64,000 nt of DNA from Takakia lepidozioides (Eukaryota; Plantae; Bryophyta), in NCBI GenBank assembly GCA_030704615.1, contig CM060731.1, forward strand, positions 51,398,001-51,462,000, written 5' to 3'. Positions 1-12,789 of this stretch are shown piece by piece. A program made the translations under genes and the position numbers. The stretch's first letter is position 1. Each line of letters begins with the position of its first letter. The notes beneath the pieces were generated by a model. That model had not been told where the DNA came from, did not search any database, and was given only the letters and a program-made list of their open reading frames with translations.

Positions 1-276
1 AGTGGGATAGAAATGTCAAGTGAGTTTTTCATGGTACGTGTCATGGTTGGGTGGACAGGAAGAGGCCAAGGAAGAAGCAGCAGCAGAGCTGACACATTTG
101 GTAAGGCAACCGTGTCCATCCTGAGTATGAAGGATGTTGCACCCTCGGAAATACAAGATGCTTCAAGTAAGTTCAAAGAGCTTTCTTCTCTTTCTGGTGT
201 GCTGGATATGTATGCGGAGGACAACTAATATCACCTTAGGTGCCAAGGGAGAAACAAACAACCGGACCCTATTTCA

Positions 277-282
<6 letters not shown>

Positions 283-358
<76 letters not shown>
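283..358. repeat. (TC)n microsatellite
   Basis: Uninterrupted TC dinucleotide run of about 76 bp. Confidence 0.97.
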
Positions 359-361
<3 letters not shown>

Positions 362-960
362 TTTCTCCCTGTCCTCTAGGAAGCCTATTGACATTGGGTG
401 GACTTGAAACGGGAGTACATTAATGTCTCTGTCACTAAATGTCGGCCTTCTGACCTCGTGTCCTTGTTTGTTTCGACCTTAAGCGTTTTGCTTCAGGTAA
501 GGTAGTGCATTGGATTTAGTTGGAAAGCTTGGGGCCTTTCCCTCTTTAGAATATGCCTACACGGGCCATTCCCTGCAACTCCCTGGAGTGTGATCTCTGA
601 ATGGTAACAAGCGGACTCCTACCGCTTGGGGGCAGCCCCTCCGCCCAAATTGGGCAGTCGTATGCTCTGTCTAGCATACTCGGCACTTGGGCTCGGGTTG
701 GTTCCTGTGCTTAAACTTATGGCCTGCGAAAACAATCAAAAATTTAGCTCCTATCAACATCAACACTCCTCAGGGTGATCCCTGGGAATTGGTTACTTAT
801 GCCAAATCTAGGGCTTCATGTGTAGTTTTTGGGGTGAATCCCAGGATGGACGATGTGTCCTTTAAAACTACATGCTCTACCTTAGGCTTGGATTTCATGG
901 TTAATGGTACCATCTCGAGACTTGATAACAGGGGTACGTTGAAGGTTGCAATGACCAAAA

Positions 961-2061
961 GTGCTTCTAATAGAGTCCCGCATCAATTCAATCTCAAATA
1001 AGTTCGTCCGTGATTTCTTGTTTGACAATTGTGAAATTATCAACAAGGGTTTGAGGTACGAGCATAGTATCTGGCTAAAACTGAATTTGAAGGGCGGCAT
1101 GAGTACTCTGCTGGACCTCTTTGTCCGTTGTGTTTACATGCCCACAGAGGGGACCCTGTGTGCTGACGCAGACAAGGCCTCACAAGTTTTGAAGCTGGAC
1201 TGTGCTTCGTTCCTTGCCAAAGGTCAGGTGGTACTATTGGGGGACTTCAATGCCTGGGTGGGCAAAGGGATCCATCAGGACGATATCATTGGACCTTTTG
1301 GTGAGGACGAGCTGAATTCTAATGGCAGACGGTTAATTAACTGTCTAGAAGAGCTTCAGCTTTTGACCTTGAATAACAGGACAAGAGGTGACCAAGTGCA
1401 GTGGACTCGTGAGAAACCCCAAACTGGGGAACGTTCCATTGTGGACTATATCATAATGGACAAAATTTTGTTCCCCCAGTGTGCCGATGTGTTGATCGAC
1501 AGAACTGATATTGGTACCTCTGACCACTTGCTGGTTTGGACTGACATCAAAAGGTGTTTTCCCACCACCAAGAGATCTGTGAAACGTTCGATTCGGAAGT
1601 GGCGCATAGAAAAATTCCACAATGAGGAGGTCAAGGCTGAGTACGTCCAGGCCTTGCAAGAGGCTCTCCCTCATTTTGTCCAATCGCTCCAAGAACTTCA
1701 GTCACGCTCTGTTAACGCAATAAATGAAGTCGAAAGAGCAGTGGACTCTTGGGAGAGTTTCGTTTCCTCCGTGGCTGACAAGATCATTGGGAGGAAACTA
1801 ATTGTCTGCGGTAGAGCAGTTATTTGGTGGACTAATGAGATTAAACTCAAGATAGCTGAGAGAGGAGCCCTCTATAAACAGTGCTGCAATTTGGAAACCA
1901 ACAGAGAATTGTGGGCGAGGTACTACCAGCTCCGTAAAGATATCAATCAGCTTGTTAGGTCTCAGAAAAAATTATACTGGGACAAGTTATACAGTGAAAT
2001 AAACTCAAACCACCATGGTGGTAATGACAAGAAATTCTGCTTGGCCCTTCAACGTTTGTAG
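961..2061 (+). mobile_element. Non-LTR retrotransposon (LINE) ORF2 fragment: APE endonuclease domain, truncated before the RT
   Basis: Motifs LLGDFNAWVG, N-S-NGRRL, SIVDYII, GTSDHLLV, followed by WW..EIK linker typical of LINE ORF2; ends abruptly with no RT motifs. Confidence 0.88.
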
Positions 2062-2169
2062 TCACGCTCTGTAGAGGTATTGAGCACAAGGGGAAGCAAT
2101 ATAACTTGGCATAGGGGCTGATATGGACTTGACATTGATCTTCCATGTGCACACCTCTCTCCATGTGCT

Positions 2170-2480
2170 GCTCATCCACCACTCTACCCACTGCCTGCGT
2201 ATCGCTGGTTTGACTAAGTGACTGGTCACTAGATCACCAGTCACACCTTCATAGGAGTGGGCATGTGGCTTGCAAGTGTTGGGCTGCCAATAACAAACCC
2301 ACTACAACGTTGCACTACAACCATAATCTCATCACTATTGCAGAACTCAGCATTCATGCTCTCGATTCCCACTCCAGCCTTTCAAATTCCTCAACTTCCA
2401 TTCAGCATCCCATGAACCCCACATGCAGCCCGAGTGTTATTACAAGCACGTTATGTGCTTTGGTAAATACTGTTGTTGGA
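2170..2480 (-). pseudogene. Flavodiiron protein (FLV/Flv) gene fragment: flavodoxin domain plus start of flavin-reductase domain
   Basis: Hand translation: GI*KAGVGIESMNAEFCNSDEIMVVVQRCSGFVIGSPTLASHMPTPMK, then QAVGRVV; resembles the Flv consensus GITKAGV.VE..N.E...F.IGSPTLGGH.PTP and QAVGRIV. Contains stops. Confidence 0.7.
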
Positions 2481-3069
2481 ATGAGGCAAAGCCCTCAAAC
2501 CTTGGCCAAATGTTTATGCAAACCTCCTTAAACTGCTTGTGAGCTAAATGGGTTTGATGTGCATGCCAGGGCTAGCTCCATCTCATTTTTTGGGGGACCC
2601 TTTGGGAGACAGATGGCTTACTCAGAAGTGCTTCAGCTTCCTCTGATTCACTGGCAAAAGAAATATGGCTAGCTCTGAAAGAAACAGACAATTTCAAACC
2701 TCACAATTGATGAATGGCTTCCCCTGCATCATCATGTACTCCCCTGGCACTAGTATCTGGCCCCCATGACACAACCCCAGAGAAAACAAAAGACATGTTC
2801 ATTTCGAGAATTATCTCCAATAATCTTGTTTCGATACCCTTACAAAGGTATCATGTTGCAATTGGGCTGTGTGTTCGATAGAGAGTTTAATATATCAACT
2901 CTTAGACGTTGATACTCTTACAGTGGTATCATGTTTGGTATATGTACATAGCCATATATTGGCACTATAAGGGCTTGGCAGTATGAAATTGGTTAGTGTC
3001 TCAAGGTGCAGATGAAACATGCTAACATATTTAGATTGTAAGCAACACCCACCAGTCAAACTCATCCTC

Positions 3070-3207
3070 AGAAGAGATTGATACACAAAAATTTCTCAGG
3101 GTCGTTGGTGCGCAGGCTTTTGTCAAGGGCTTGATATCATCATCGGTCAACTCAAAGTCAAAGACATCAAGGTTCTACTTCAATCTCTCCATCTTGTTTG
3201 ACTTAGG
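3070..3207 (-). pseudogene. Aldo-keto reductase C-terminal exon fragment (M6PR/S6PDH-like)
   Basis: PKSNKMERLK*NLDVFDFELTDDDIK / frameshift / ALDKSLRTNDPEKF matches the AKR C-terminal IPKS...ENL.VFDFEL motif; internal stop. Confidence 0.7.
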
Positions 3208-3551
3208 ATTTTTATTACTGTATGCAAAATTCTTAGATTATGAATAGAGGGTTCTTGAAAATGAGGCAAGTTGGTCATCATTGTCTCATATGTGGGGCAG
3301 ACAAAGATTGTTGGAGATAAAAGGCGGCCTCATGAGCCTCACGCTGTGCACTTCCCAATGAAACCCAACAATTTCACAACCCTCCAGAGATCGTACAACC
3401 CAGGCCCTGCCCCCAAGTAGTATGGTTTGATGTTTAGGGTGTATGGTTCAATATGGACAATGGATATGATGATGACATTTATTTAACAGAAATCCTCAAA
3501 GTACGTGACATAAAATAATTATCTTTGAATGTGATTGTCCCACTTATTCAG

Positions 3552-5286
3552 TTAATCACAATTACATACAAGAGCTTGTGTAATTAAAAGTTGGAGAGCT
3601 TCCCTACTTAACACGGTATTACCAATGAGGTCCAATTGATCAAAATATCTATGTTCATGCGTTGCCAAACCACAATACCGAGACATGTAGTAGTGAGATG
3701 AAAACAAGAGATCGAATCTTCCCAACCTTTCCAATTTCATAAGCTTGTGCACGGACACGAACCATGTCAGGAATGAGTTCAGCTCCTTTGGTAGGAAGGT
3801 CATGCAAACCACCTGCACATCGCCACCTTTGATTCCCACGAGGCCCCAAGTCTTGGTTACCAATGTGTCGGGGGTCTTCCCTGAATCGTGGGTCATCAAT
3901 AAGGTGGCTGGTCCATCTACATGATCAAACACATCACCACATTAGAATAACATTCCAATGTAAATTGTAGCTTAACAATGAAAGTACAAACAAGAGAAAA
4001 CCATGAGCTTACCCATGCAAACATTCATACTCGCGAAAGAAACGAGCAGGAACATGTGATCGACGATATCGACCGTTTTCATTAATCGTGCGAACTCGAT
4101 GTCCATTCCAAATCTTCACGTATTCATCAACAGCTTCTTGTAGTATGGGCATATATATGTCAATAAAAGATTCTCGTTGCCACGATCGTCCATATCCAAT
4201 AATCCATCATTGACCATTGCTTGGAAGCAATTTTTGTAGTAGAACATTACCTTCTCCCATAGATGCCGCCAAAAGTGTTCAATCCTCTAACGTGGTGATT
4301 ACACCACACAAAGTATTAGGAATATGCACAACATTACACACTCAATGATTAATAAAGATGAACCAAGAAATATGACAGAAACGTAAAGTTGATATGCAAG
4401 ATAGAATTGTATAGAACACTAACCTGATTGTGTGTAGAAGACCCAGTCAAGTACGGATTGGGTGTTTCAGAACGTGTGGCTTCAATGTGTTGTTTTATAA
4501 GAGAGTGCTCTACTGCAAAATCAGATCGAATTCGTAAAGGTGCTCCAAACTTGGAAACTGCATCGTGATATCCTTTGAAATATGGTTTTTTCTTTCTTGT
4601 TTCTTGCAACGTTCGCCCATAAAACAAAATGAGAGGCCCCATCAATGCCAGCATGTACTCGAAGACCAAACATAATCAATTTGTCATAAGCTGCACCACG
4701 AATTGCATACATGTTTTAGTTTGCCTACAATTTTGTGCGATATGTAATGCAAGAAAACGTCTTGCATGTGCATCTTCAAAGAACATTAAGATGCATGAGA
4801 TAAAATACTTACAGTCAATGTGCCATAGAGCCATAGGCATTGTCACATTATACTGAGTCCTCCGAATTGCCTGTGCCCTTCTCCTACGCTCATAATGGTA
4901 GGGTGAGATGATTTTCAAAGCTTCCCCCACCTTCCTTCGAGGAATCCGCCAATTTGACCTCCTTAAGGCAGATTGCACTGTTCTCATTCCCAATTTGTCC
5001 CATTCTCTTCAATAGGAAGTAACTCTTGAATCTTTTCACACAAGCGTTGGACACTCAATTCATGATGAACTTTGAAAGGAGACCCTTGGACTTCTGATAG
5101 CAATCTTCTCAATGGTCGTACATCATCAAAAGAAAGGGCAGTGGCGATTGATTTCATTGTGGCACCCTCATTCAACATTGCTTCCACATAAAGTACTAAA
5201 TCATCCACTACTTTGTCACCATCCAAATGGTTGTTTTCCATGCTCACATGATCTGTCTTATCTCTGCTTAATAGCCCCAGTGCCAA
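3552..5286 (-). mobile_element. Degenerate intron-containing integrase-core (IS3/IS481-like, probably IS3EU-type) DDE transposase
   Basis: Spliced reading gives IRRTQYNVTMPMALWHID|SYDKLIMFGLRVHAGIDGASHFVLW...FGAPLRIRSD...GSSTHNQ|RIEHFWR...WNGHRVR. GT-AG introns at about 4812-4691, 4423-4287 and from about 4012; three frameshifts. Confidence 0.8.
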
Positions 5287-5999
5287 TGCCTTCGACCTTG
5301 CCCTTGTTGTAATTGTTTGCTGTTAATTCTGTAGTCACTGCATCCACTCACACACTCCCCATAGGACTTACGTCACTAAAGTTCACATAGGCTATCAAGT
5401 AGATGAACCAAATGTACTTTGAAACAACAACTACTCTATCCTAAAATGTATTAGCAAACCACAGTACACAGTGTGGGCAGGTTGAAGACAAACCATGTGA
5501 TCAAGCTCTTTCTTTCAGTGTGTGTGTTGAGGAGCGTTTGGTAACCCACTCTACTACCCCTAAAGTTCTCTCCTCAAAACTCATGAGTCACCTGCACGTA
5601 CACAAGAACTACAGCTTTAGCTAAAATGATATCTTTATCAATGATTGGGGGAACTCATGCCAATATGGGAATGTGCTTACTCATGGGCAGATCTTGTCAT
5701 TTGGTGATCCAAGAAGGCTTCCATCATACATAGCGCCACCACCGCTCCACCACCGCTCAACCCTAAACTTGTTGTTGCATTCTTCTCTCGTTACTTCTCG
5801 TCCTCCAACTGATTTGATCCTTTCACTTTTAGGGCACCTCTGCCCTAAAAACCCTTCATCACTTCATTTCTCTCTCCCTTTCCCTCGCTCTCGCTCTCTC
5901 TCTAGTATATATCTCTCCTTTAGGCTACGCGACTCATGTCGTGACTTAGGCCTTACCACAAGCAAAGGATGGACGGGCAGCAGGAATAGACGGGCCAGC

Positions 6000-6090
6000 A
6001 TGTATATTCAGCTTATACTCTCGTATGTATATGTGTATATGATACATATACATATACATATACATGATAATATATTATATATATTATATA
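6000..6090. repeat. AT-rich (TA/CA/TG) low-complexity tract
   Basis: gtatgtatatgtgtatatgatacatatacatatacatatacat...atattatatatattatata. Confidence 0.7.
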
Positions 6091-6356
6091 CAAAACTGCG
6101 TTAAAAATTATAGATTACAATTCAATTGAATTGCAAATTAGGGTTAGTTCAATTGAATTGGCATTTGATCAAGTGAATTGCGCTGCATTTCACATCAAGG
6201 CCTTTTTGGAATTCCCTAGCAATGTCTTACATTGATCTCGCTCAATGCATTCAATATAATCCCCACAGTATTCATTTGGGAGGCTTCATAAAAGAAACAC
6301 AATAGGCCTCCATCTCCCCCAATAACATACTTATCGCATAGAGCTCTTGTCATGAT

Positions 6357-6430
6357 ACTAGTTTTAATGTAGAGCAGGAATAGGGTGCCATAGTGCCACA
6401 TCATCATCGTCAACCACGTCATCGTTGTCA
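6357..6430. repeat. Dispersed repeat terminus, copy 1 (CTAGTTT..AGAGCAGGAATAGGGTG.CATAGTGCCA..[CGT/CAT]n)
   Basis: Near-identical motif at 59814-59920 (same strand) and 41325-41439 (opposite strand). Confidence 0.8.
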
Positions 6431-7119
6431 GTTTAAGCTGCTCAAACTGCCCCAAATTTACACTCCGTGGGGGAGGTGTCACATATTATATATACTAGGG
6501 TAGCATGTGCCGTTGGCCCAAACGTCCCAACTGTCCCAAAGTCCAAGTGCAATCCCCTATGTATCCATAGACCCTACAGTTTGGGAGATCTAGGGTAGTC
6601 TCTGCCATTGGCCTATACGTGAAGAATTGAGATCTAAGCCCAAGTGCAATCTCCTATGTATTGAAGTGCTTCTCCCATGTAGAGGCCCAAGTGTGACTCC
6701 AATGTCCACTGTCATCTAAAGTCCAAGTGCAATACCCTATGTATCCAAAGACCTGTAGTTTGGGAGATCTCCATGTCATTACGAAGTCTCCATGTCATTG
6801 CCCACTTGGTATTTTTGCAATCTCCCTTGTCGATCAGGCTTCATATATGATATATCCACTTTGCTATTTTTCGCGAATTTCCAACGACAAAAATTACTTG
6901 AAATTCCAAATCTCCGAAGGGCCAATCATTGCTCCAGGAAAGCCCACTTTGCTATTTTTTACGAATTTCCGACGACCCAAAGTACTCGAAATTCCATATC
7001 TCCCACACTGTAGGTCCAAAAATTATGAGACCAATTGAGTGCACCCCTCCTCGTCGAGGGCTTTCCAACGGTACCAAACACCAGCGCTGATCCCCGTTGT
7101 TTGGGAGATCTCTACAAAA

Positions 7120-7630
7120 CAAACAAAACAAGCCTAAAATGGCGATGGGCTCTCTTGCTTTGGCAAAACATAAGAGGAGGTGAGAGTAAGGGGCATCACG
7201 TAGCACAACACACTAATCGCTGGCTTGACATGGTGTAAGGTCCGTTGACCACATTTTCTCCGTTGATATTAACATGAAGAGAGCCAACAAAACAAGCCTC
7301 AAATGGCAATTGGCTCTCTTGCTTTGCTTTGGCACAACATAAGAGGAAGGTGAGACTAGGGAGCATGACTCAGCACAACACACCAATCAGCACCTTGACA
7401 CCTTGACACGGTGTAAGGTACTTTGACCACATTTTCTCCATTGATTTGTATGTCTCTACAAAAGAGCCAACAAACAAGCTGCAAACCATGAGAGGCTCTG
7501 TCCATTGAAGCAACAATTTGACAAGCTGCCACGTGGTTTATACTTAAGAGCTTTTTTAGACTAATCATACTGTTGACACGGTGTAAGGTCCGTCGACCAC
7601 ATTTTCTCCATTGACTTCAACATGATGCAA
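7120..7630. repeat. Degenerate tandem repeat of about 165 bp (about 3 partial copies)
   Basis: GGTGTAAGGT.C.TTGACCACATTTTCTCC recurs at about 7232, 7410 and 7580; a further dispersed copy lies at 59575-59720. Confidence 0.8.
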
Positions 7631-8844
7631 AGTCTCTGTCCTGAAGGCACAACACACTGGCTTCCTTCATAGATTGATATACGGTATATGATGCCAGCCC
7701 CAGCTAGCGTAAATCAGAGCCTCTGCAATCCCCTTGTGGGTACTCGTCATATATTATAGTATTAACCAAAGGGCCTAATTTGTGAGCTGGCTGCCAGCAC
7801 CCTATGCCCTGCAATCTCTTCCGTCCATCCTACATCCAACGGCCACAATTCCTCATTCATCCTTCACTATCAATCATCAGTATTGCAAAATAGCTTCATC
7901 CATCAGCTGCCAGCTGTGAGACCATTCCCGCGAAAGGAATGACACCGCGGCGTTTCCTGCACGGTACACGAAGCGTACAATGTACGATACGGAGATATGG
8001 CAAGCCACCGTAGCTACCTATTTTAATATCTAAGTTATTATCTCAGCACGGTTTAAATACGACTTATATGTACATGCAGCCTACGAGTCATATATTTTGT
8101 CGTTTTCGTTGTAATTAAGATATTAGCTGTATTACATAGATGATAGAGCTGTACATAAAGTAATTTTATCTATGTAAATTAAGTAGGCATTTATGAGGAA
8201 ATTATAGCACTACATGCCCGAAATCATGCTACATCTATTTCTGTTCCTTGCCATAAATACATTCATCCACTGTCAGTTTACTTTCCATCCTTTGATGACA
8301 GAAATATTAACATCTGATAGATAGGAAGTGATTCTGTCCATCCGCCTGATCATCGCAACGAGGGTTCAAAACTTCAAGCCGAAGATGGTTGCTTTGCGGG
8401 CCTGGATTTACGGTCAAAATTTCCTCGGTATTGGTGGTTACTTAACGGCGTTGACCCGCCATCGCTATAGGATATAGTGGGACCGTAGTAGTCAACCCTT
8501 GCCGACGGACCAGGTTCGCCTCTTCATTCATCTACCAAGCTTTCATCCGGGTGGGCCCCGCACTATTTACGGCCGGCAGACTGAGGGAAGCCTTGCTGTT
8601 CAGCTCTGCCTAGGGGGATCCATATAGGGGCCCCTATCGGCTTAATTTTAGCACAAAAATATAAATTTTATTGTCTGAAAAATGTTGTTTTGAGAAAGTT
8701 TAGGTGATGTCTAAAGTTCCAGAAAAAAAAGAAACCAATCGTGCCCTTTTTTCTTTTCTTTTTTTCTCTTAAAATAAAATAGAGGAAAAAACAGAGAAAA
8801 GAGAAACCATGCATATCATTCTGTTTTAGAAAGAAAAGGGACGG

Positions 8845-9120
8845 ATTGTTTTTTCAAATTTGGAAAAAAACAGGGGTGGCTACTGAGTTTTGCAAGAAAT
8901 AGCCATATCTTCTGTTCATCCACTGAAATTTGGACAGAATCATCCTCCTCTGTACTTTTATCCATTCATATCATCCATTTTAATTGAATTCATCCAAGAT
9001 TTATATATGTTTTGGAGAAGTTCGGTGATTTCATCCATGAGAAATCAGGGAATTTACCACAGAATATTCTATTATTTTTTGGAGGTCGAAAAAGTGCGAA
9101 ATATTGCCAGAAAAACACTG
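8845..9120 (+). mobile_element. Non-autonomous DNA transposon fragment (hAT-like right end ...AAAACACTG)
   Basis: About 280 bp with clear similarity to 30288-30562; both end in AAAA(CA)CTG, resembling a CAGTGTT-type terminus; TCATCC-rich. Confidence 0.55.
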
Positions 9121-9926
9121 CTTTAAATCATATTAAATAAGATGTCTTGGAGAAAATAAGGCTATCAAACTACTAATTTCTACGGACAATTTCGAAGATA
9201 GTTTACGTTTTAACGTTTTAACATTTTTTTTGCTTGCGAGAGGAAGGCACGAGGAGGGGATCGTGGGTTCGAACTCCACAGGACGTAGGGCCGCGAGGGC
9301 CTTCTTTTCTGCGTTCACCAGACCGCGCCGATATAGGGATGGCAGGCAGGCCTTTTCCGGCAGCGGGAAAGGCAGCAGCGCGGGAGTGATTGTGGCGACG
9401 GTCGGAGGAGGAAGACGAAGAGGAGGAGGGAGATGGTGGAGGTGGCATGGCGATGTCTGTGAGCTCGGTGTTGGCAGAGTGTGGAGCGCTTTGCTTCATC
9501 TCTGTCGGACGTTGTGTCCTGTTGGCTGATGCAGCTTTGACGACGGAGACTCAAGTGTCTGGCAATTTATTTCTTCTCGCTTGCACTTCCTGCGTTTCCT
9601 CTTTGCGATTGCGCGTTCTGTGATGGATGGCGGAGAAGGTGATGTAAGAGAAGTGTGGAGGTGTGGGGCTCGGGGGCAGCATTTGGCAGGGAGTGAATGC
9701 TAATTGGAGGCAGTCACAAGAAGGAAGCGCGGTAGAGTGCCTGGCAAGGTCGTGGCAATGCTGCCAGTGCCTACTCTCTGCAAATCCTGAGCGTTCATTC
9801 TTCAGCTTGAAACTGGGGTCGTGCTTCAACTTGCATGTGAGAAAGGAAGGAGGAGTGGGAAGAGGAGCTTGCTGCCTGGCTGGGTCGCGGTGCATTGCTT
9901 TGGTACAGCGGAGGTAGGTAGGATTC

Positions 9927-12789
9927 ATGGGTAGGGGGGAGCGAGACTGCGACTTAAGCTCTCAAAGACAGGTGGTTGGCTACTGCTACGCGTGCTTGGT
10001 AATATGCAGTCTTATAGTTGCTTGTGCTACGCAAGACGAGCAGTCGGATAAGAAAGCATTGGAAACCTTCAGGAGCGCTCTGGATCCAACAGGAAAGCTG
10101 TTGAACTGGTCCAGTAGCACGGGTGTCTGTACCTGGCAGGGGGTTAACTGCTCCAATGGCCGCGTTGACAAATTGCGCTTGCCACGAGCGTCGCTGGCTG
10201 GCACCATTCCTCCTGGAAGCCTGGGGCAGCTGGACCAACTGCGCATTGTGAACTTGCACCACAATCACATTGCGGGTCCATTTCCTGGGGAGCTCAGCCA
10301 ATGCTCACGGCTTCACAGCTTGTATCTGCAAAATAATGCATTCTCCGGGCCTCTTCCCTCTTTCGCGGGGATGTGGCCTCGCCTCACCCATTTGAGTTTG
10401 GCATTCAACAACTTCAGTGGGCCTATTCCCGAAGCCATTAATGCTTTCCCTCACCTTTACCTCCTGGACCTGCAGAACAACTCCTTTTCAGGGAGCATTC
10501 CAGCACTGGATCTAGTCAATCTGACGCAGTTCAGCGTCGCCAACAACAACCTGTCTGGACCTGTGCCAAGCTCCCTCCTTGGCTTTCCCAAGTCAGACTT
10601 CGCAGGAAATGGGGGTGTGTGTGGGCTGCCTACAGGAACTACGTGCCCATCTGCGACTACCACCCCATCGACTACTCCTTTTCCTGCTCCTGCTCCAAGT
10701 GCTTCCTCCCCTCGGAAGAAGAAACTGGGAACGGGGCTCATTGTTGCTATTGTGGTAGGCGATGTTGCGTTAGTGTTTCTCATCATAGTTTCTTTCTTAC
10801 TGTGCTATTGCAAGAGAGCGGGCCAACGTGCTGTTGAGAAGCCACGGAAAGGCGATAAGTCTTATGTTGAGAAGGTTTGGGAAGAGTCTAAGGATGAGTA
10901 CTCCACCTACGTTCAGGCAGAAGCAGAACGTAGCAAGCTGATATTCTTTGAAGGCAAGCGGTATAGTTTCGACTTGGAAGACCTGTTGCGGGCATCTGCG
11001 GAGGTTCTCGGCAAAGGAAGTGTAGGTACTGCCTACAAGGCAGTCCTGGAGGATGGATCAATTGTGGTCGTGAAGCGATTTAAGGATTTCACCACAGGGC
11101 TCAAGGACTTCGAAACTAAAATTAATATGGTGGGGAGGCTGCAACACCGGCACTTGGTGCCACTCCGCGCCTATTATTTCTGTAAGGACGAGAAGCTTCT
11201 GGTCTACGACTACATGCCTATGGGCAGCCTTTCTGCCCTCCTCCATGGTATCTTTACTTACTCCTTTTTGTACCTATCTCATTTGCCTATTTGCTGAGCC
11301 ATGTGATGGCCCCTTCTCGCCCCCTGCACTGCATTCATTAGAGAGGGTTTTAGGGTCTTTTGATGTCTCTGATTTGCCTGGTAAAAACTGGAGTGTTCTA
11401 TAAAAGCAGCATGATGATATCCTTCTAAACTAATGTCGGTATGTCTCACTAAGCTTATGAGAGAAAGTACTTCATGGCTAGATCAGCCCAAGTGCCAAAC
11501 ATGCGACAATCTTCCACACATGCAGGACCTTTAGGGAAATGATTAGAAGCACTGTGTTATTGCCTCCCTTCCTTTGTGTAGCAACAAGTCACTGGTCTGG
11601 GCTATGGCAATTGTCTGCTGGAAGTAGGCTGCAGTACCAAACGAATGCTGGTGGACTGGTTTGCTGTCAAGCAATATTTCTCACATATAGGTCTGAGTTT
11701 TGCAGGCAACAGAGGTGGGGCTCGCACACCCCTTGACTGGGTGAAACGAGTTCGAATTGCACTTGGGGCTGCTCGTGGATTAGCATTCCTGCATGAAGGA
11801 GGCTACCAGAAGGTCGCCCATGGGAACGTCAAATCTTCCAACATTCTGCTGGATAATGACCTTGAAGCTGGCCTATCAGACTTTGGACTAGCACAGCTAA
11901 TGTGCTCCACAACTCCAGCCCCACGGATTGTTAAACATCGTGAAGTCATTGACACTCACAAGCTTACACTGAAGTCGGATGTGTACAACTTTGGAGTGGT
12001 ACGTGTCACCCTGATCAAGTTGATGTGTATCTCAATAACGCCAAATTCTTTTTGACTCCCTTGAAATTGGCCGCACTCCTTGCTTAGCAGAGTCTATGCT
12101 TCCGATGTAGCCTTCCTCACTAACTAGTGCCTCCATCTCACTACACTAACACCAAATTTGGCAAAGTGTTTATTCATTTTTATTGTGTAGCCCACTTGGC
12201 TACTGCTGGTGTTAGAATTCGTTATGCATTTCTGTGTAGGTAGGATTGTTCTTCATCTCTTTCAGGCTTTGCTCTCTATTAGCTGCTGCTGGGATGATAT
12301 TGTTGCTACCAACCATGTGTCCAGATTTCAAGGTGTATGTTCCTTTTGTTTAATATATGCTCGATTGTGTGATGGCAGGTCTTACTGGAGCTGTTGACAG
12401 GCAAGGCACCTTCGCAACCGTCGTTGAATGATGAAGGCATTGACCTGCCTCGCTGGGTGCAGTCAGTTGTGAGGGAGGAATGGACAGCAGAAGTATTTGA
12501 CCTTGAGCTAATGAGATTCCAGAACATTGAGGAGGAAATGGTTCAAATGCTGCAAGTCGCTATGGCCTGTGTCAACACAGTACCTGACCGGCGCCCTAGA
12601 ATGACAGAAGTGGTGCATATGCTGGAAGACATTCGTCAGCTCTCTGAGACTGGTGATGAAGCCTCACGGCATTCAGAATCACAGTCAGAAGAGAGATCAA
12701 AAAGTCGTCTATCCAATTACTCTCCAGCAGATACACCCTCCTACCTGCAAACACCGGCGGAATCACCCCATGAAGAGGCTGGCTCATAG
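9927..12789 (+). CDS. LRR receptor-like kinase, LRR-III type (probable inactive kinase); exons 9927-11247, 11706-11998, 12379-12789
   Basis: Signal peptide, LRRNT (W..C.W.GV.C), LRRs, TM segment, [48 protein letters not shown]; in-frame GT-AG junctions. Confidence 0.95.

Noticed and set aside
13-228. Short ORF at the window edge
   Set aside because: No recognisable motif; may be the tail of a gene outside the window.
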